A DNA stretch of 64,000 nucleotides from the human T2T-CHM13v2.0 reference genome, Homo sapiens. Below are positions 14,043 through 27,875 of this stretch, piece by piece. The notes under the pieces are model-generated. The model was given only the letters and a program-made list of their open reading frames with translations, searched no databases and was not told where the DNA came from. The translations under genes were made by a program, and so were the position numbers. Within the stretch, counting starts at the first letter, position 1. Each line of letters starts with the position of its first letter. The stretch is from NCBI RefSeq assembly GCF_009914755.1, contig NC_060931.1; one strand, written 5' to 3'.

Positions 14043-14859
14043 TGGCCTCATCTCTTTTTTTCTTGGTTTTCTCATTTTAAAAACAAGTAACAGTGTTGTG
14101 AATATTGATTAGATTCAAAGGAACAATGTCTTAGTCATCTCAAAGCTATTTTTAAAATTCTTATTGTTATTATCTCTTTGCACCAGTATGAAAGTTTCTG
14201 TTTCTTTATCTAGATAAATTTGACTGGGATATTGGGTATTGCCATCAAATCTCTGTTATCCAAAACAACGTGCTAATTTATTCAACACAGAAATATAAGT
14301 AATACTCTCTTTTTCAGTAGCTTCTTTTTAATTATTTGATGTTAACAGTATTTCTGAGAATTTTTCTCTCTCTCCACTTCGGGGTCATCTATTGTATTAA
14401 TAAGGATTATGAATTAATGAAAACAAAAAGCTAGTCTAGCGTACCTGTTTAAACCAATGTGAAACCTTGCTTCTTGACCATATGAAAGAGCAAAGCTACT
14501 GAATTGTTAAAATGATATGCAGGAGTGAGGATCCAAGATTTTCTTCATGGGTCAGCTAGTAACTTACTGTGATACTGAGAGCAACATGTTTGACTGATTT
14601 AAGTCTCAGATTGTTCAAGGTGGGGTAGAGAATAGGGCCTGGATTTTTTTGGTTCATGAAGAGTCTTGACATAAAGTAAGTATTAGACTTTAGACTGTCA
14701 CAGGAATAACCATTCAGTTCAAATCTACACTCATTTCTGTGTTAGATTAGTGAGAATTTAACTTCTGAAAAAAGTTCAGGCAAAATACCGCTGATGTACT
14801 GCACTAAGGAGATTTGAGAGTGCCAGAGATACTTTGAAAGGAAAAGAGATGTAATTTGA

Positions 14860-14990
14860 AGTGGAGGACAGGGCTAGCCAGGGTTAAAATTGCAGCTCTT
14901 TTACTTAGCTATTTAATACCAAGCAAATTACCTTATCCTCTGAGGTCTTGTCTGTAAAAATGGGGATAATAATACATACATAGTACTACA
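14860..14990 (+). mobile_element. MIR fragment
   Basis: AGCAAATTACCTTATCCTCTGAG...TCTGTAAAAATGGGGATAATAATAC MIR core. Confidence 0.7.
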
Positions 14991-15041
14991 CTATTAGTTT
15001 TTCTCTCCTATGACTTGCCATCTGTGTCCATGTATGGAGAG

Positions 15042-15043
<2 letters not shown>

Positions 15044-15075
<32 letters not shown>
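15044..15075. repeat. (AC)16 microsatellite
   Basis: Directly visible. Confidence 0.97.
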
Positions 15076-15077
<2 letters not shown>

Positions 15078-17355
15078 CGTAATAAGTTAAGAGTCTTTGG
15101 AATGGTAAATGATTTGAACATAAATACCAGTACACATTTTTTTTAATAATGCAGCATAAATGTCAAGATATATATGCATAAGGGATGAGGTGTGCCTAGA
15201 AGCTGTAATATCTAGAATTTTCGCAAACCTTATTTATAACCATTTGTTTCTGAACCCTAACAATTCTTTTCTGAAACTGTTAACTGAAAGATCTGAATCT
15301 CACTATTTATTTCACACTCTTCACATAGAGGTGCTAATGAGCAGCAGAATAACCCCAAAAATGGTCCTTAATCCAAACACCGAGAAGTCAAGTTATAAGT
15401 AATTAAGAATACACTGGATGGAACATACCTACATGGCAGCTAGCATCTGTGCTTTCCAGAGGTTGCTGGGGACGGTTAGTTCAGTTCTCATTTTTGATCC
15501 TCTTTGGAAACTCAGGAGTTAAGGTCAGCATCCTCAGTACAAAGGTACTTGAACATGTATGAATCTTTGCCTTCTTGAAAACTTTTTATCTTGGGAATAA
15601 GGAACCTGATACAAAGAGAATCTCTAGTATTTCATTCCATCGAGAGAAGTTTTGACATTTACAATTCTGCTAATTTCACACATCATTTCGCAGCATGCAG
15701 GATTTTGGCGCCTGCCAAGGGGACTGCAAATTCTTTTTGGAAAAAGTACTTTTTTGGGTGTTGGAAGAGTTTTGAGTTACAGACACATTTCTTTAATAGT
15801 GTTCTTGAAATGTCCATGTGGTCTTAATATGTAAATCATATGAAACTCAAAACCCACTCCTGAACTTACTCTTCCAAGAAAGCTTTAAAACAGCCCTCAT
15901 TCTAATAGTAAGGCTGTTTTCCTCTTTTCCAATGTTTATGTATACTGTATAATGTTTACTGTATAATGAGTTTATTGTATAATAAGGGACTCTGATTTAT
16001 TAGCTCTTCATTATTCTCATTCTGTCAGCTTCCCAATAAATGCTACAACCCTTGGCAGAGACATGAGTCTCAATCAGGTGATATCATTGCTTTTTAATGA
16101 ACTCTTCTTACCGGAGTAACAGCATTACATGTGAAATACCTTATCCTGCATTATTAACGGACCGCAGCATAAAAGGCACAAAGGCACTGAGAAGGTTGCA
16201 CTGAAAAATGGGGCAGAATTCATTACCAATTCGATATACTGTCAGCTAACAGTCTTTGATTATCATATTTACCCTTCTGAAACTGTGAAAAATCATGGGC
16301 GGAGCCGCTGTGAACAATAGCATGTGTAGGCATTTTGTAAATGTTGCCTTAGTTGTTTAATGCCCAGGCTGACTGCTGGAATTTAACACAGTGACAACTT
16401 TCTCAGATGGGGCATGAAAAAAACTGTGATATTTTACTACCTGAGAAGTTAAGCACTGAGATAGTTAGGACCCAGCTCTCATTAGCTGAATGGTAGATTT
16501 TTCTAATTAGTTCTTTCTAGTGCAATTAGCACGAAAAGAGTCTAATCACCTCATGTGAAACCAATCTAATGCTCAGAAAAGAATTCCCTTGGCCTCTCTT
16601 TCAGATTGGATCTTAGGATTTTCAGTCTGCCTCCTTAAAGAATGGAATCTGTTAGTGACTGATTATTTGAACGGTAAGGACAGATCTGTAGAAAAGGCAA
16701 GAAATGGACAACTTATTGACTTGCAGTGCAAGTTTGGCTGGAGAAGGTGTTTAGAAATATTCATTAATTGGCAGTTATCACTTCAACTATAGGTTCTGGT
16801 TTTCTTGATTTCTTTCATTTTGAAATGGGAGACTTGGGCCCGGGACAGCTATAGTTCAGCATGGCTGCCTCTCTGGAGGGCATGAAACATACTGCACATT
16901 AGAATCAAATGCATTCGGGGCCTGGGACTACTGGGCTTGCTTTCTTAGCCTCTGCAGTGCCCAGATTCCCCCATCAGTTTTTGCTAATCTGTGTGTTCAG
17001 GGCTTTGCCTGTCCTCTCTCTCTCCCTGCCTTGCAGTCATCTGTAGGCACCACATTCATTTTTGAACTGTTCTCTAATTTCTAGTGCCCATCCATCACTT
17101 CACATTTCTTAAGTAAGCCAACTCTGGGCATCTCAGTTGATATTGTTCATTTTTAACTGGAAAGGAAACTATAATGACAGCATTTCTGGCACATAATTTT
17201 TTCTTTTTTTTTTTTTGCGGGGGGGAAGTCGCTTGCCAGAAGATCGATGAGAAAATGCTGAGTATGTGTGTATTTATTATCAACTATGCAGAAAATGGGC
17301 ATCCTTGCTCATCAGGCTACAGAGGGTGACAATATTGAATTTCCATTGTTCATCC

Positions 17356-17565
17356 CATCACTGCCCAGTAGAACTTCCCATGATGTTGGAAGTGTTCTGT
17401 ACCTGCACTGTCCAATACAGGAGGCACTAGCGACATGTGGCTGTTGAGCACTTGAAATGTGGCTAGTGAGACTAAGGAGCTAAATTTTAAAATTTCATTT
17501 AATTTTAATGAGTTTAAATTTAAATAGACCCATGTGGCTAATGGCTACCATACTGAACAGGGCAG
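17356..17565 (+). mobile_element. MER3 (hAT-Charlie MITE)
   Basis: CTGCACTGTCCAATAC...CATGTGGCTGTTGAGCACTTGAAATGTGGCTAGTG...CATGTGGCTAATGGCTACCATACTGAACAG. Confidence 0.85.
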
Positions 17566-18279
17566 ATGTAGATCTCTTCCACCTCCTAACCACTGTACCC
17601 CACCTTACACATAGCTGCATCCTTAACAGAGAATACACTGCCCTCCGCAGCCTCTTGCTATCCATTCTCTTCAGCTTTGCCTTAAAAGCAATCAGACTTT
17701 TTCCAGTGCTGTCTGGAGTTTGACACAAGGCATTCCCTTGGCTTGTGCTATCTGTAGATCATTCTGTATTTCACCGTGGCAGTGTTTTGTTCTAAAGTTG
17801 GAAAAGACCTTGTAGTTTTTTAAAGAGCCAAAATACAGGATTGTTTCTAAGAAAGGAGGTGGCCAGAATCAGTAAATTTAAGCTCATTTGTGGAAGCTTC
17901 CAAATCTCAAACCTAGGGCAGTATTGAACACCTCTCCAAAAAGTCAGATTAAGTATTTGCAAATGGCTTCAACAAACTCCCTCTCTATGAAATTTTAATT
18001 ATAGTTGATTAAATATTCACTTTAATCATCTTAATTAATGATATTTGACAAATATTTTAGCTTTGCTTATGATATTCACTTGCTCTGTCAGAACTCTCCA
18101 GTTCACACTGAAAGGGTAAAGTTAACAACCTGGACAGACAGGCCCATCATGTGTGTTATGACCTATCTGGTTTCCTACTCGCATGGTTAGAAGGCTCATT
18201 TTATTGCTTTGAACTCTGGAATTAATCCTGCTTAAAGGAGAATAGTAAGAATACTGTGGTTTTCTGCTCAACAGAATGC

Positions 18280-18400
18280 ATGTTCATTTATTCCACAGAC
18301 ACTAATTGAAGGCCCATTGTGTGCTAGTAATTGTGGTAGTCACTGAGAACGCATGGATGGAAAGACACTATCTATCCCACTGGATTGTAACCTCAAGCCA
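18280..18400 (-). mobile_element. L2 3' fragment
   Basis: TTCATTTATTCCACAGACACTAATTGAAGGCCCATTGTGTGC resembles a reversed L2 tail. Confidence 0.55.
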
Positions 18401-18870
18401 CTGGAACATAAACAGTTAAAAGTACTATATGATAAATCTTCTGGAAGACGGGTGATGGAATGTAAGGGAAGAAACACTAAGTGGTGGTTTCAAAACAGAA
18501 AGACTTTTAAGATGTAACATGTAAGGGAAATTTTATGGATATAAGGGAATACAAGGGAGAGTCTTAAGGGGATTACAGGATTTTGCCCGGGATAAAGAGA
18601 AGGTGGGGCATTTGTGAAGGGGATTATGTTTTCCTAATTAACTGTATTCTTGAATGTCTTTGAAGAAAGGAGTCTCTCCTTTCTTCATTTTGTAAAGCAA
18701 CAGTGTGTGTTAGAGGAATTGCTGTTAGGAAAGGAATGAGGATATTTGGTGTGTAACTGTGAGTGCTGGGAAATGAAACAAAAGGCAGCCCTACCTCAGG
18801 TCCTGGAAAGGCACATAGTGGTGTGAGTGTTGCAGCCCATTGAAGCTACATCCTCAATTCTGGAAACTAA

Positions 18871-19046
18871 CAAGAACAGCATTAGGGTGAGGCCAGAGAT
18901 CCACCTAAGGTGCAAAATGTAAGGGGGCACTCACTTTGAGGGTCGTGCAGGTTCAGGATCAGTACTGACACAACCCTGAGAATGAGTGTCTCCTAAAATT
19001 GTGTGCCCTAGACACCTTACTTACGCCCTGAAACATCCCAGCCCTG
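18871..19046. mobile_element. MER91-like palindromic MITE (hAT-Tip100)
   Basis: Imperfect self-complementary arms GGCACTCACTTTGAGGGTCGTGCAG / CTGACACAACCCTGAGAATGAGTGTC; ends GCCCTG. Confidence 0.8.
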
Positions 19047-20977
19047 GGTTTTTGTGCAGTGAATGGGCTTGAAAAGCAAGTAGATAAGAATCTGAACCAT
19101 GGAAATATGGCAGACATGGCAGAATAGAAATCAATGAGACCTATTTGCAAGGTAAAGTCAAGAGAACCTAGGGCAGAAAAAAATACGAGGCATGAGAGAG
19201 GGGACCCTAATTGTCCTGTCACTGAATTCTGGGGATCTTTTCTATTGCCTGATACTGACTTTTCTCCAATTTCTCATATTCCTCAGCTCCTGCCCTGTCC
19301 TGAAGGTCATGCCCAGTTCAAATTCAGCCCTTACCTCTTTGCTAAGTCCCATGCCCTCAACCTTGTTTTCAGAGAAGGCCATGAGAACTGGAGTTTTTAA
19401 AATGTCCAACTCTAGATAGATCTGCTTTACTGAGTGGTCTTAACACATTCAGAGAACTGCATTCTTCTTGGCTCTCTAAATTCAGTGACCTTATTTTAAA
19501 AGATGATCAACATGGGTTAGAACCTTTTGAGGATTAGGAGACATTTTAGCAAGTTTATCAAGAATAAGCAAAGATGACATTTGGCTAGCAGTATGTCTCC
19601 CCCACCCCATCCTGCAAAACCATTTTTTTTGGAGTGAAGCTTTTCCATTTGACAAGTTTAGAATTACCAATACTGCTTGCAACTCCTTCCTTACTCCAAA
19701 CTCTGGGATGTTTTCAGGAGGGACTCTTTTCTTCAAAGGCATCCAAGAATATAGTTAATTAGGAAAACATGCAAGAAAAGACATCTTGGCTCCTCTGGCC
19801 GCCTGTTGTACTCTTCCAGCATATGCTATTACTTGTCTCAGATAAGTAGACAGGTGGCTGTTTGCAAAGCAGGGTCCAATGTGCCTTTGACTCAGAGAAG
19901 TTTGGAAACAAAGCCCTCTGTATAATAAGCTTCTCACTGTATGCTGACGTCTTCTGATCTTGCCTATTCCCCATTACCTACAGTCTGAAAGAATTTTGTA
20001 GGGAGTGTGTGGTATTCTGCAGAAGGCTATTGTAGCATAACTTAGACTTAGCCGGCATTTATTGGGCTTAGAATCACAAAATCTCAAGATTGGGTGACTA
20101 CTGGATGGTTATCTAATCCAACTTCCCTCCAGAAAGTCTCCCATACAGTTTTTCCCGCAAAGTGGCCCTCGAGCCATAACTTCCTATGACAGAGTGCTTA
20201 CTGCCTCTTTGTTCAACGCTGGTGAAACCTCAGTGATACTTATAAGTTAACTTTCATTCCTTCAGCATTCTTCTCTTTAGTGTTAATTTCTTTGATGGTG
20301 GTACCACTTTCCAACTTTTATATGTGGCCTCTTAAAATCAGCTTACCCAGAGAAACTTCCTGCCTAGCTCCTGATTTATGTAGCTTCTCACCACCATGCC
20401 CTTTCTCCCTTCTTATAGGGGCAGTTTCACAATTTTGAAGCTCCTTGATTCCCTTGAGCCATTGTCCTTTCCAAAACTTGTCACTATGAAAAGTAGACTA
20501 TGTTTTAGCCTTTGAACTATAAAATCTGCCTTTCAGTAAGCTTAGCTCCATATTTTGAGGTCTCTAGATCCCCCCTTAGTATGCATCATGAGACTTGTAT
20601 TACTCGCCAAGACTCTCATGACTTTCTTCAAGCATTCAGTTTTGTCTAAGAAGCCATCGTTTGATCCAGAATGGAGTAGACCTAATTATATCTCCTGTTT
20701 TTTTGGACTTGAAATTTACTTCAAGCCTGATGATAACCTGTTGGTCAGATGCTCTGCCATTAACTAAATGACACCATCAGCAAATATCCAGATAGTTGAG
20801 GTCCCAGTGTCCTGAATCTGTGGTTTTATAATCTATGTCAGAAGTCTATCATTTTTTTTTTCACCTGGCTGTCATCTGGTATATTCTCAAAAGGATATCA
20901 CTTTTCTTCTTATCCAGGTACGTGCCAGTGTGCTTCATCTCTCATGCTCATGGATCTCCATGCAAATTGATCTGCTT

Positions 20978-21060
20978 TTCCAAAAACTATTTATTAAGCA
21001 TTATTATGTGTCTGGTACTATGTCAGGTGGTAGAGCTACAGTGGTGAGCAATGGAAATCT
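20978..21060 (-). mobile_element. L2 3' fragment
   Basis: ACTATTTATTAAGCATTATTATGTGTCTGGTACTATG...TACAGTGGTGAGCAA. Confidence 0.6.
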
Positions 21061-22109
21061 ACGTGTTTTTTGACATATGACACTGCTTTTCCACAATACC
21101 TTTCCCACCTTAAATCCTATCCCATGAGCCTGGGTGATACTCAGGAGATTATTTTTATCATGTCTCTAAAAATCTCTGCTTATTTTATAACTGATGATAC
21201 ATAGACATCTAAAGAGATGAGGGCCTCACACAGGGATTGGCCATGAGAGAAGCTTTCAGTGCTGCGATCTGAGGCCAGTCTGATCTGACACCCTCTTAAA
21301 GGCTTTCAAGTATAGGCCACTGGGTTCCACATCCCATACCTCTTACCTCCATTGTGGCTAGTTTCTCATTTGCGGAGGAGGTTAGAGATGTTACTCTCTT
21401 CCCCTCCACCTTCAGTGTAAATTTCTCTTAATCAGGTCAGCTCACCTCCCCAGGCAAGCAAACACATGTCTCTCTGTCTTCCTGAGCTACCCCCGGGAAA
21501 GTCTGCATTATTTTAGTACCATAGACACAGTCTAGAAATCTGATTCCTATGGGTTGACAACATCCTCATGACAAACCCTTCACCTACCACATCATCTTAT
21601 TTTTATAATCACCGAACTTTGTTAGGATGAAGAACTAGAGCACTCACCAGGCACCCAACTCTGCGCCAGGCTCCATGGTCCCCAAATGAAGCTTCCTAGG
21701 TCTCTTGTGTCCAAGCCATTCCCCTCACGTGAAACAACATGAATAGGTAGAGATAAGTGGCTTTGTGACTTGGAACAGACAGTAGCCCAAGAAGACCACA
21801 TGCCTCCCTTCTGGCCACGTGAACTACATGAAGCAGTCTCCTTTCTGTTCAGCCAAGAGTCCGTGCCATCTCAGTGCTTGTTTTCCTTCCTGTCCCTTTA
21901 TCTGGCTCTGTGCATGACTGTTTGAGCAGCCTGTGTCTTCTCCTTCCAGCCACACAGAGTACTGGTAACTTCTCACAGGATATTGCGGTGTGCCTCCGTT
22001 TACACTGTCTCTTCTTCCTGGATGCTTTCCTCTATCCCCTGCAATCACTTCTTACTTACCTGAAACTTACTTCTTGTATTACTGCTTAATGACAGCTTAA
22101 CTTCCATGA

Positions 22110-22330
22110 TACCTCCCCACCTCCTTCTGCTCAATTCTAGGTTTGAGTATGTGCCTTCACTAAGTCCTCCCATAATACCTAAGCAGGTCTCTATCACAGT
22201 CCATACATTGTTTCCTGTGTGTGTCTGTTTCTTCCATTAGACTATAATTTCCTTGAGGACTGCTCTTGTGCCTCACTCATCTTTGTGAGTACAGTGCCAA
22301 GCATACAGTAGATGCTATTTAATGAAGGTG
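22110..22330 (+). mobile_element. L2 3' fragment
   Basis: TAGACTATAATTTCCTTGAGGAC...ACAGTGCCAAGCATACAGTAGATGCT. Confidence 0.65.
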
Positions 22331-23079
22331 GGCATGTATGGGTGAATATTCCCAGTGTTTCAGGATGTTTTTTCTTTCTCCTCTGGCTTTTCTATTCTCT
22401 GCTCACCTGGAATGAGAGCGGATAAAATAATACAGACAGGAAACCAGGAAGCAGAAGAGAACCCCAGCCACCTACCTACACTTCCCCCTCTTAGATGCCC
22501 TGCAACAGAGATCTGTCCTGGGGACTCCACCTCATCTTTGCCAGCGGTGTGCAGCTGGCTTCCTAAAATCCACCCAGAGTAGGGGTTAGCTTGTCAGAAA
22601 AATACAAATTGGATGTCTTCTGCAGGGCTTTGCACAGTCCCCTCAGCACCCACACTTCTGTGTCAGGGAGGGGATGCAGGGACACATCTCCTTCTACCCT
22701 CTGGGAGACTTGTAGTCTACGGCTCCAGGAGATGACTCCCTGGCCTAGAGGACTGTATCCTTAAACCACTCTCTGCTCTGCTGGCTTATGTCATCCTCCT
22801 GCTCCTTTGGGTAGAAGTTCTAGAGTCTTATCCACAAATTGTCACCAGTTATAGGCTTGAGTAGGCACTAAATATGAAACATGAATAATGACATGAGCCA
22901 GCAGAGCAGAGAGTGGTTTAAGAGTGGTTTAAGGGTCAGAGGGAAGGGAAATGAAAGCCTTGGAGGATTTCAGATTCACTCACTCTTCTTTACCTTATAG
23001 CCTGTGCTGCAAAGTCAGAGTAAAGAAACTTCTGTTCTGCCTCATTGCATCCCCACCACAACAGGCTGTAAGCAGGAGC

Positions 23080-23190
23080 TACTCCATGTTTTAATATAAG
23101 GAAACTGAGGCCCCAAAAATTAAAAATAACTTTATAGTACCAGCTAGCCATTGGCAAAACACGATTATACATTCAGATTTGTCCAATTGT
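23080..23190 (-). mobile_element. MIR fragment
   Basis: TAAGGAAACTGAGGCCC MIR core. Confidence 0.6.
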
Positions 23191-23402
23191 TTCCCCATGT
23201 AAATGAGACCACAGATTAAAATTATTATTGTCAATTAAGAAAAAATAAAAGAAACCCCTGAAAAGAGGATCTGATATGTGTCTAACTACCTTTAAATCTC
23301 CTTGAGATAAATTATAAGGTGTTGTTTCTATTGAGCCACCCCCATCACCAGTTTCTCACAATTCAGTGCTCAGCAGGCAGTGGCTACTCAAGAATTCCAG
23401 CT

Positions 23403-23710
23403 GGCTGGGCACGGTGGCTCACGCCTGTAATCCCAGCACTTTGGGAGGCCGAGGCGGGTGGATCACAAGGTCAGGAGATCGAGACCATCCTGGCTAACAC
23501 GGTGAAACCCCGTCTCTACTAAAAAATACAAAAAAAAAAATTAGCCAGGCGAGGTGGCGGGCGCCTGTAGTCCCAGCTGCTAGGGAGGCTGAGGCAGGAG
23601 AATGGCGTGAACCCCGGGAGGCGTTGCTTGCAGTGAGCCGAGATCATGCCACTGCACTCCAGCCTGGGCGACAGAGCAAGACTCCGTCTCAAAAAAACAA
23701 AAAACAAAAA
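23403..23710 (+). mobile_element. AluY (AluYe-like diagnostics)
   Basis: Y-type body; GGCGAGGTGG and GAACCCCGGG variants; perfect 13-bp TSD AAGAATTCCAGCT (23390-23402/23711-23723). Confidence 0.95.
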
Positions 23711-23864
23711 AAGAATTCCAGCTAAGTGGCAGTGAACTAATGAGATTTCATCACAGAGCATGGTGAACGCTTTTCTAAGGTCTAAATATGTGCTCTATAG
23801 TTGTCATGGAGGGCCAAAGAAATGAAGAAAATAAAGAACAATATTAGTCTTAAGAACTTTTTTA

Positions 23865-24080
23865 AATAACAAAAATGACTGAGTTACTAAGGTCAGGAAC
23901 TATTCTAATGCTTTTATACTCATCTCATCTAATTGCTCCAAACCCCATATGAAGTAGACACTACTACTACTATCATGACCCATTTTACAAATGAACAAAC
24001 TGAGTCTTGAAGAAGCTAAGTAACTTGCCAAAGCACATCCCAGACTTACAGGCAGTCTGGCTCAGAGACCTCTGCTCACA
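23865..24080 (-). mobile_element. MIR
   Basis: CCCATTTTACAAATGAACAAACTGAGTCTTGAAGAAGCTAAGTAACTTGCC. Confidence 0.8.
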
Positions 24081-25217
24081 GACACTCCTCTTCCTGGGTC
24101 TAATTCAAGAGGGGTGACGTGCGACTTAGAGCAGCCTGTGGGCTTAGTGATTCTGCTGCTTGGTGCACAGCAAGACAGACCATAATCAGCACTAGAATAA
24201 TAGAATTTTTATAAGTGATTAAAGTAAAACCAGGATTTAGAGATTGAGAGTTGATTGTTAAAGGATAAATGATATTTGGAACATCTTACTGGATTTGATT
24301 AAAGTGAAATTCAAAAACCATCACAAAGAGAATGATTATTTACCAGTGGTACTTGAAGGACTTTTTTTGTGGCTTAAGTCATTGGCACTCCAATGCTTAA
24401 AATCTCTGTGCTCAAAACCAGAATGTAATTGATCCTTAGAAAATCAGAGGTTAGCGCCTTCTTTGGCAAGCTACTTCTGAGCTTTGTTACACTGTAACAT
24501 AATCATCCTTTGAAGACTGAGATCTGGTTTTCCAGGCTTTTTTTTTTTTCTTCACATGGTGCCTGGTATCTTCTCTTGAACATAATAGATACTTTGAGAT
24601 GGGTGGACAAACCGAAGTCATTTTATATTGCTTTAGGGGCTCTGAATTTAAGAAAGAGTTGATTTCTGAAAGAAACATAATAGCAAAGATTACTTAAACA
24701 CAAAAATCTCATTTCTGTTCTTAATCAGCTGGACGTCAATACCCAGGTTCCAGTCCAAGTGTCACACTGTGCCTCTATAAGTTAATCTTTTCTGGAAGGG
24801 AAACCAAATATGAAATAGTATCAAGAACTGGGACAGTGTTGGAACACCCTGCATGTCCTCTGTTGGCCACTACAAAAGGTTAAACAACAGGAGAGGCTGG
24901 ATTAGGGTTTGTGTTTGGAAGTGCATTTGAGGCAAGCTTGACAGTTAAGCTCATGGCCAGTACTACATGCCACAGCAAGAGGACAATAGGAGATTTAAAA
25001 GTGTGAGCAGGCTGTGGCCAAATGCTGGAATTCATGGGCTAAGTAGATGAAGAGTGGATGGAGTTAACTAGTAAACAAGTTTCATGGTCCTTGAAGAGAC
25101 CTATTTTTTTTTATGGTATGAATTTAAGATGTACAACATAATGTTTTGATATACATACAATTAGTGAAATAGCGATAATTTGATATTTCATATATATACC
25201 AAAATGATTACTCTGGG

Positions 25218-25564
25218 TGTATTATTTCCTTCTCATGCTGCTAATAAACAAATACCTGAGACTGGGTAATTTATAAAGAAAAAGAGGTTTAATGGACTCA
25301 GTTGCACATGGCTGGGGAGGCCTCACAATCATGGCACAAGGTGCGAAGGAGGTGCAAAAGTACGTCTTACATGGTGGCAGGCAAGGGACCATGTGCAGAG
25401 TTTATAAAACCATCAGCTCTCCTGAGACTTATTCACTATCACGAGAGCAGCACAGGAAAAACCCACCCTCATGATTCAGTTACCTCCCACCTGGTCCCTC
25501 CCATGACACATGGGAGCTACAATTCAAGATGAGATTTGGGTGGGGACACAGCCAAACCATATCA
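25218..25564 (-). mobile_element. THE1 (C/D-like) solo LTR
   Basis: TGTATTA...GAGACTGGGTAATTTATAAAG...GGGGAGGCCTCACAATCATGGC...GAGATTTGGGTGGGGACACAGCCAAACCATATCA. Confidence 0.92.
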
Positions 25565-25835
25565 ACAGGGAAGCAATTTAACATATCTGTCACCTTCCAT
25601 ATTTACCCTTTTTATGTGGCAAGACCACCTAAAATTTACTCTCCTGGCAAATTTTCAGTCTACAATATTATTAACTAGAGTCCTCCTGCCCTACATTAGA
25701 TCTCTAGACTTAACTGCAAGTTTCTGCTCTTTGACCTATATCTGCCCATTTCCTCCTCCTCCCTACCCCTGGTAACCGCCATTGTGTTTTTTGTTTCTAT
25801 GTCTTTGACTGTTGTTTTTTAGATGCCATATATGA

Positions 25836-26357
<522 letters not shown>

Positions 26358-26564
26358 TAGTGCTGCAGTGAACATGGGGGTGCAGGTATCTCTTCAAGAT
26401 GTTAATTTCATTTTCTTTGGAGGGATTGCTGTGTTGTATGGTATTCTATTTTTAAATTTTGGTGGGGTCTTCATACTGGTTTTCACAATAGCTATACCAA
26501 CTTACATTCCTCCTAACAGTATACAAGTACCTTTTTCTCCACAACCTTACCACATAAGTGTTGA

Positions 26565-26883
<319 letters not shown>

Positions 26884-26897
26884 TGACCATTATTTTT

Positions 26898-27119
26898 AAT
26901 AGCTAACAATTATTGAGGGCTTACCATTTCTATGAGTCTAAGCACTTTACAAATATTTAATCTTCATAACAATCTCTGACATAGATACTACTGTTAATCC
27001 CATCACACATACTAAAAAACTGAGGCACAAGGAGTTTAAGGAACTCGCTCAAAATGTCACAATTAGTAAGTCATGAAGCCAGCCAGAACGCATGCTCTTA
27101 ACCCCTGCACTGTTCTGCC
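26898..27119 (-). mobile_element. MIR
   Basis: AATAGCTAACAATTATTGAGGGCTTAC...AAACTGAGGCACAAGGAGTTTAAGGAACTCGCTC...GCTCTTAACC. Confidence 0.8.
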
Positions 27120-27479
27120 AACTCTTTGGAGTGGTTTGTTTCAGTTGTCAGTTTTTGTTTGCTGTCTCTGAAAATCCTTGCTCTTACAGTGTCAGCCAGA
27201 GTCCTGCATTGATCACATGGCCTAACTTGCCTCTCTCAGTACAGTGACTTTTTAATCTTCGGCTGCAATCCTTTTTTTCCTAGACTGTAAACTCCCTGAG
27301 GGTAGAAAGTCTGTCTCATTCATTTGTGCCCATTTTAATGAATGTTGAAAGGGAGCGTCAGGAGGGGTTATCTAGATGCCTGTGGATCTAGATTATTCAT
27401 CATCCACTGGGATCTTTATTGGTGTTCCTTGTCCCCAAGGAGGGAGTCAGCAGCAACAGAAGGCAGCAGAGATCTCATC

Positions 27480-27875
27480 AGTGTTCATCAAACACATGTT
27501 GAGTGCCTACTACGAGGTAAACAGAACAGACGTTATCTTCTGTGCCCTCTCAGAACTTAAGGTACAGCAAAGAAACAAATGAGATAAGCACAGGTGTGAT
27601 AAATGCTTGTTTAAAAAACATTTTAAATGAAATGCTTCGTTTAAAAAAAGCGAAGAGGCTGAGGTAGAGAATAATGGAGGTTGGGTGGGGTAGGACCTAC
27701 TTTAGGTAGGTAGGCATGGGAAATTCCTCATCGAAGAAGTGACATTCTAAGCGAAGATTTAACCAACAAGAATGACATAGCTAAGAATGAGAAGACTGCT
27801 GGGGAAGCTCCTTGTTGGCAAAGAAAACAGCATCTGCAGAGGCTCTGAGGTTGGAAAGGCTTTGTTTCATCTGTT
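27480..27875 (-). mobile_element. L2 fragment
   Basis: ACACATGTTGAGTGCCTACTA...GAAGTGACATT...AACAGCATCTGCAGAGGCTCTGAGG. Confidence 0.65.

Noticed and set aside
15887-15920. 9-bp inverted repeat AAAACAGCC/GGCTGTTTT resembling a terminator
   Set aside because: Short stem with a 16-nt loop, expected by chance; intrinsic terminators are not relevant in human DNA
22910-22931. Tandem AGAGTGGTTTA x2 (similar micro-duplications near 15945, 27600 and 40703)
   Set aside because: Common slippage duplications; no spacer structure and not CRISPR-like
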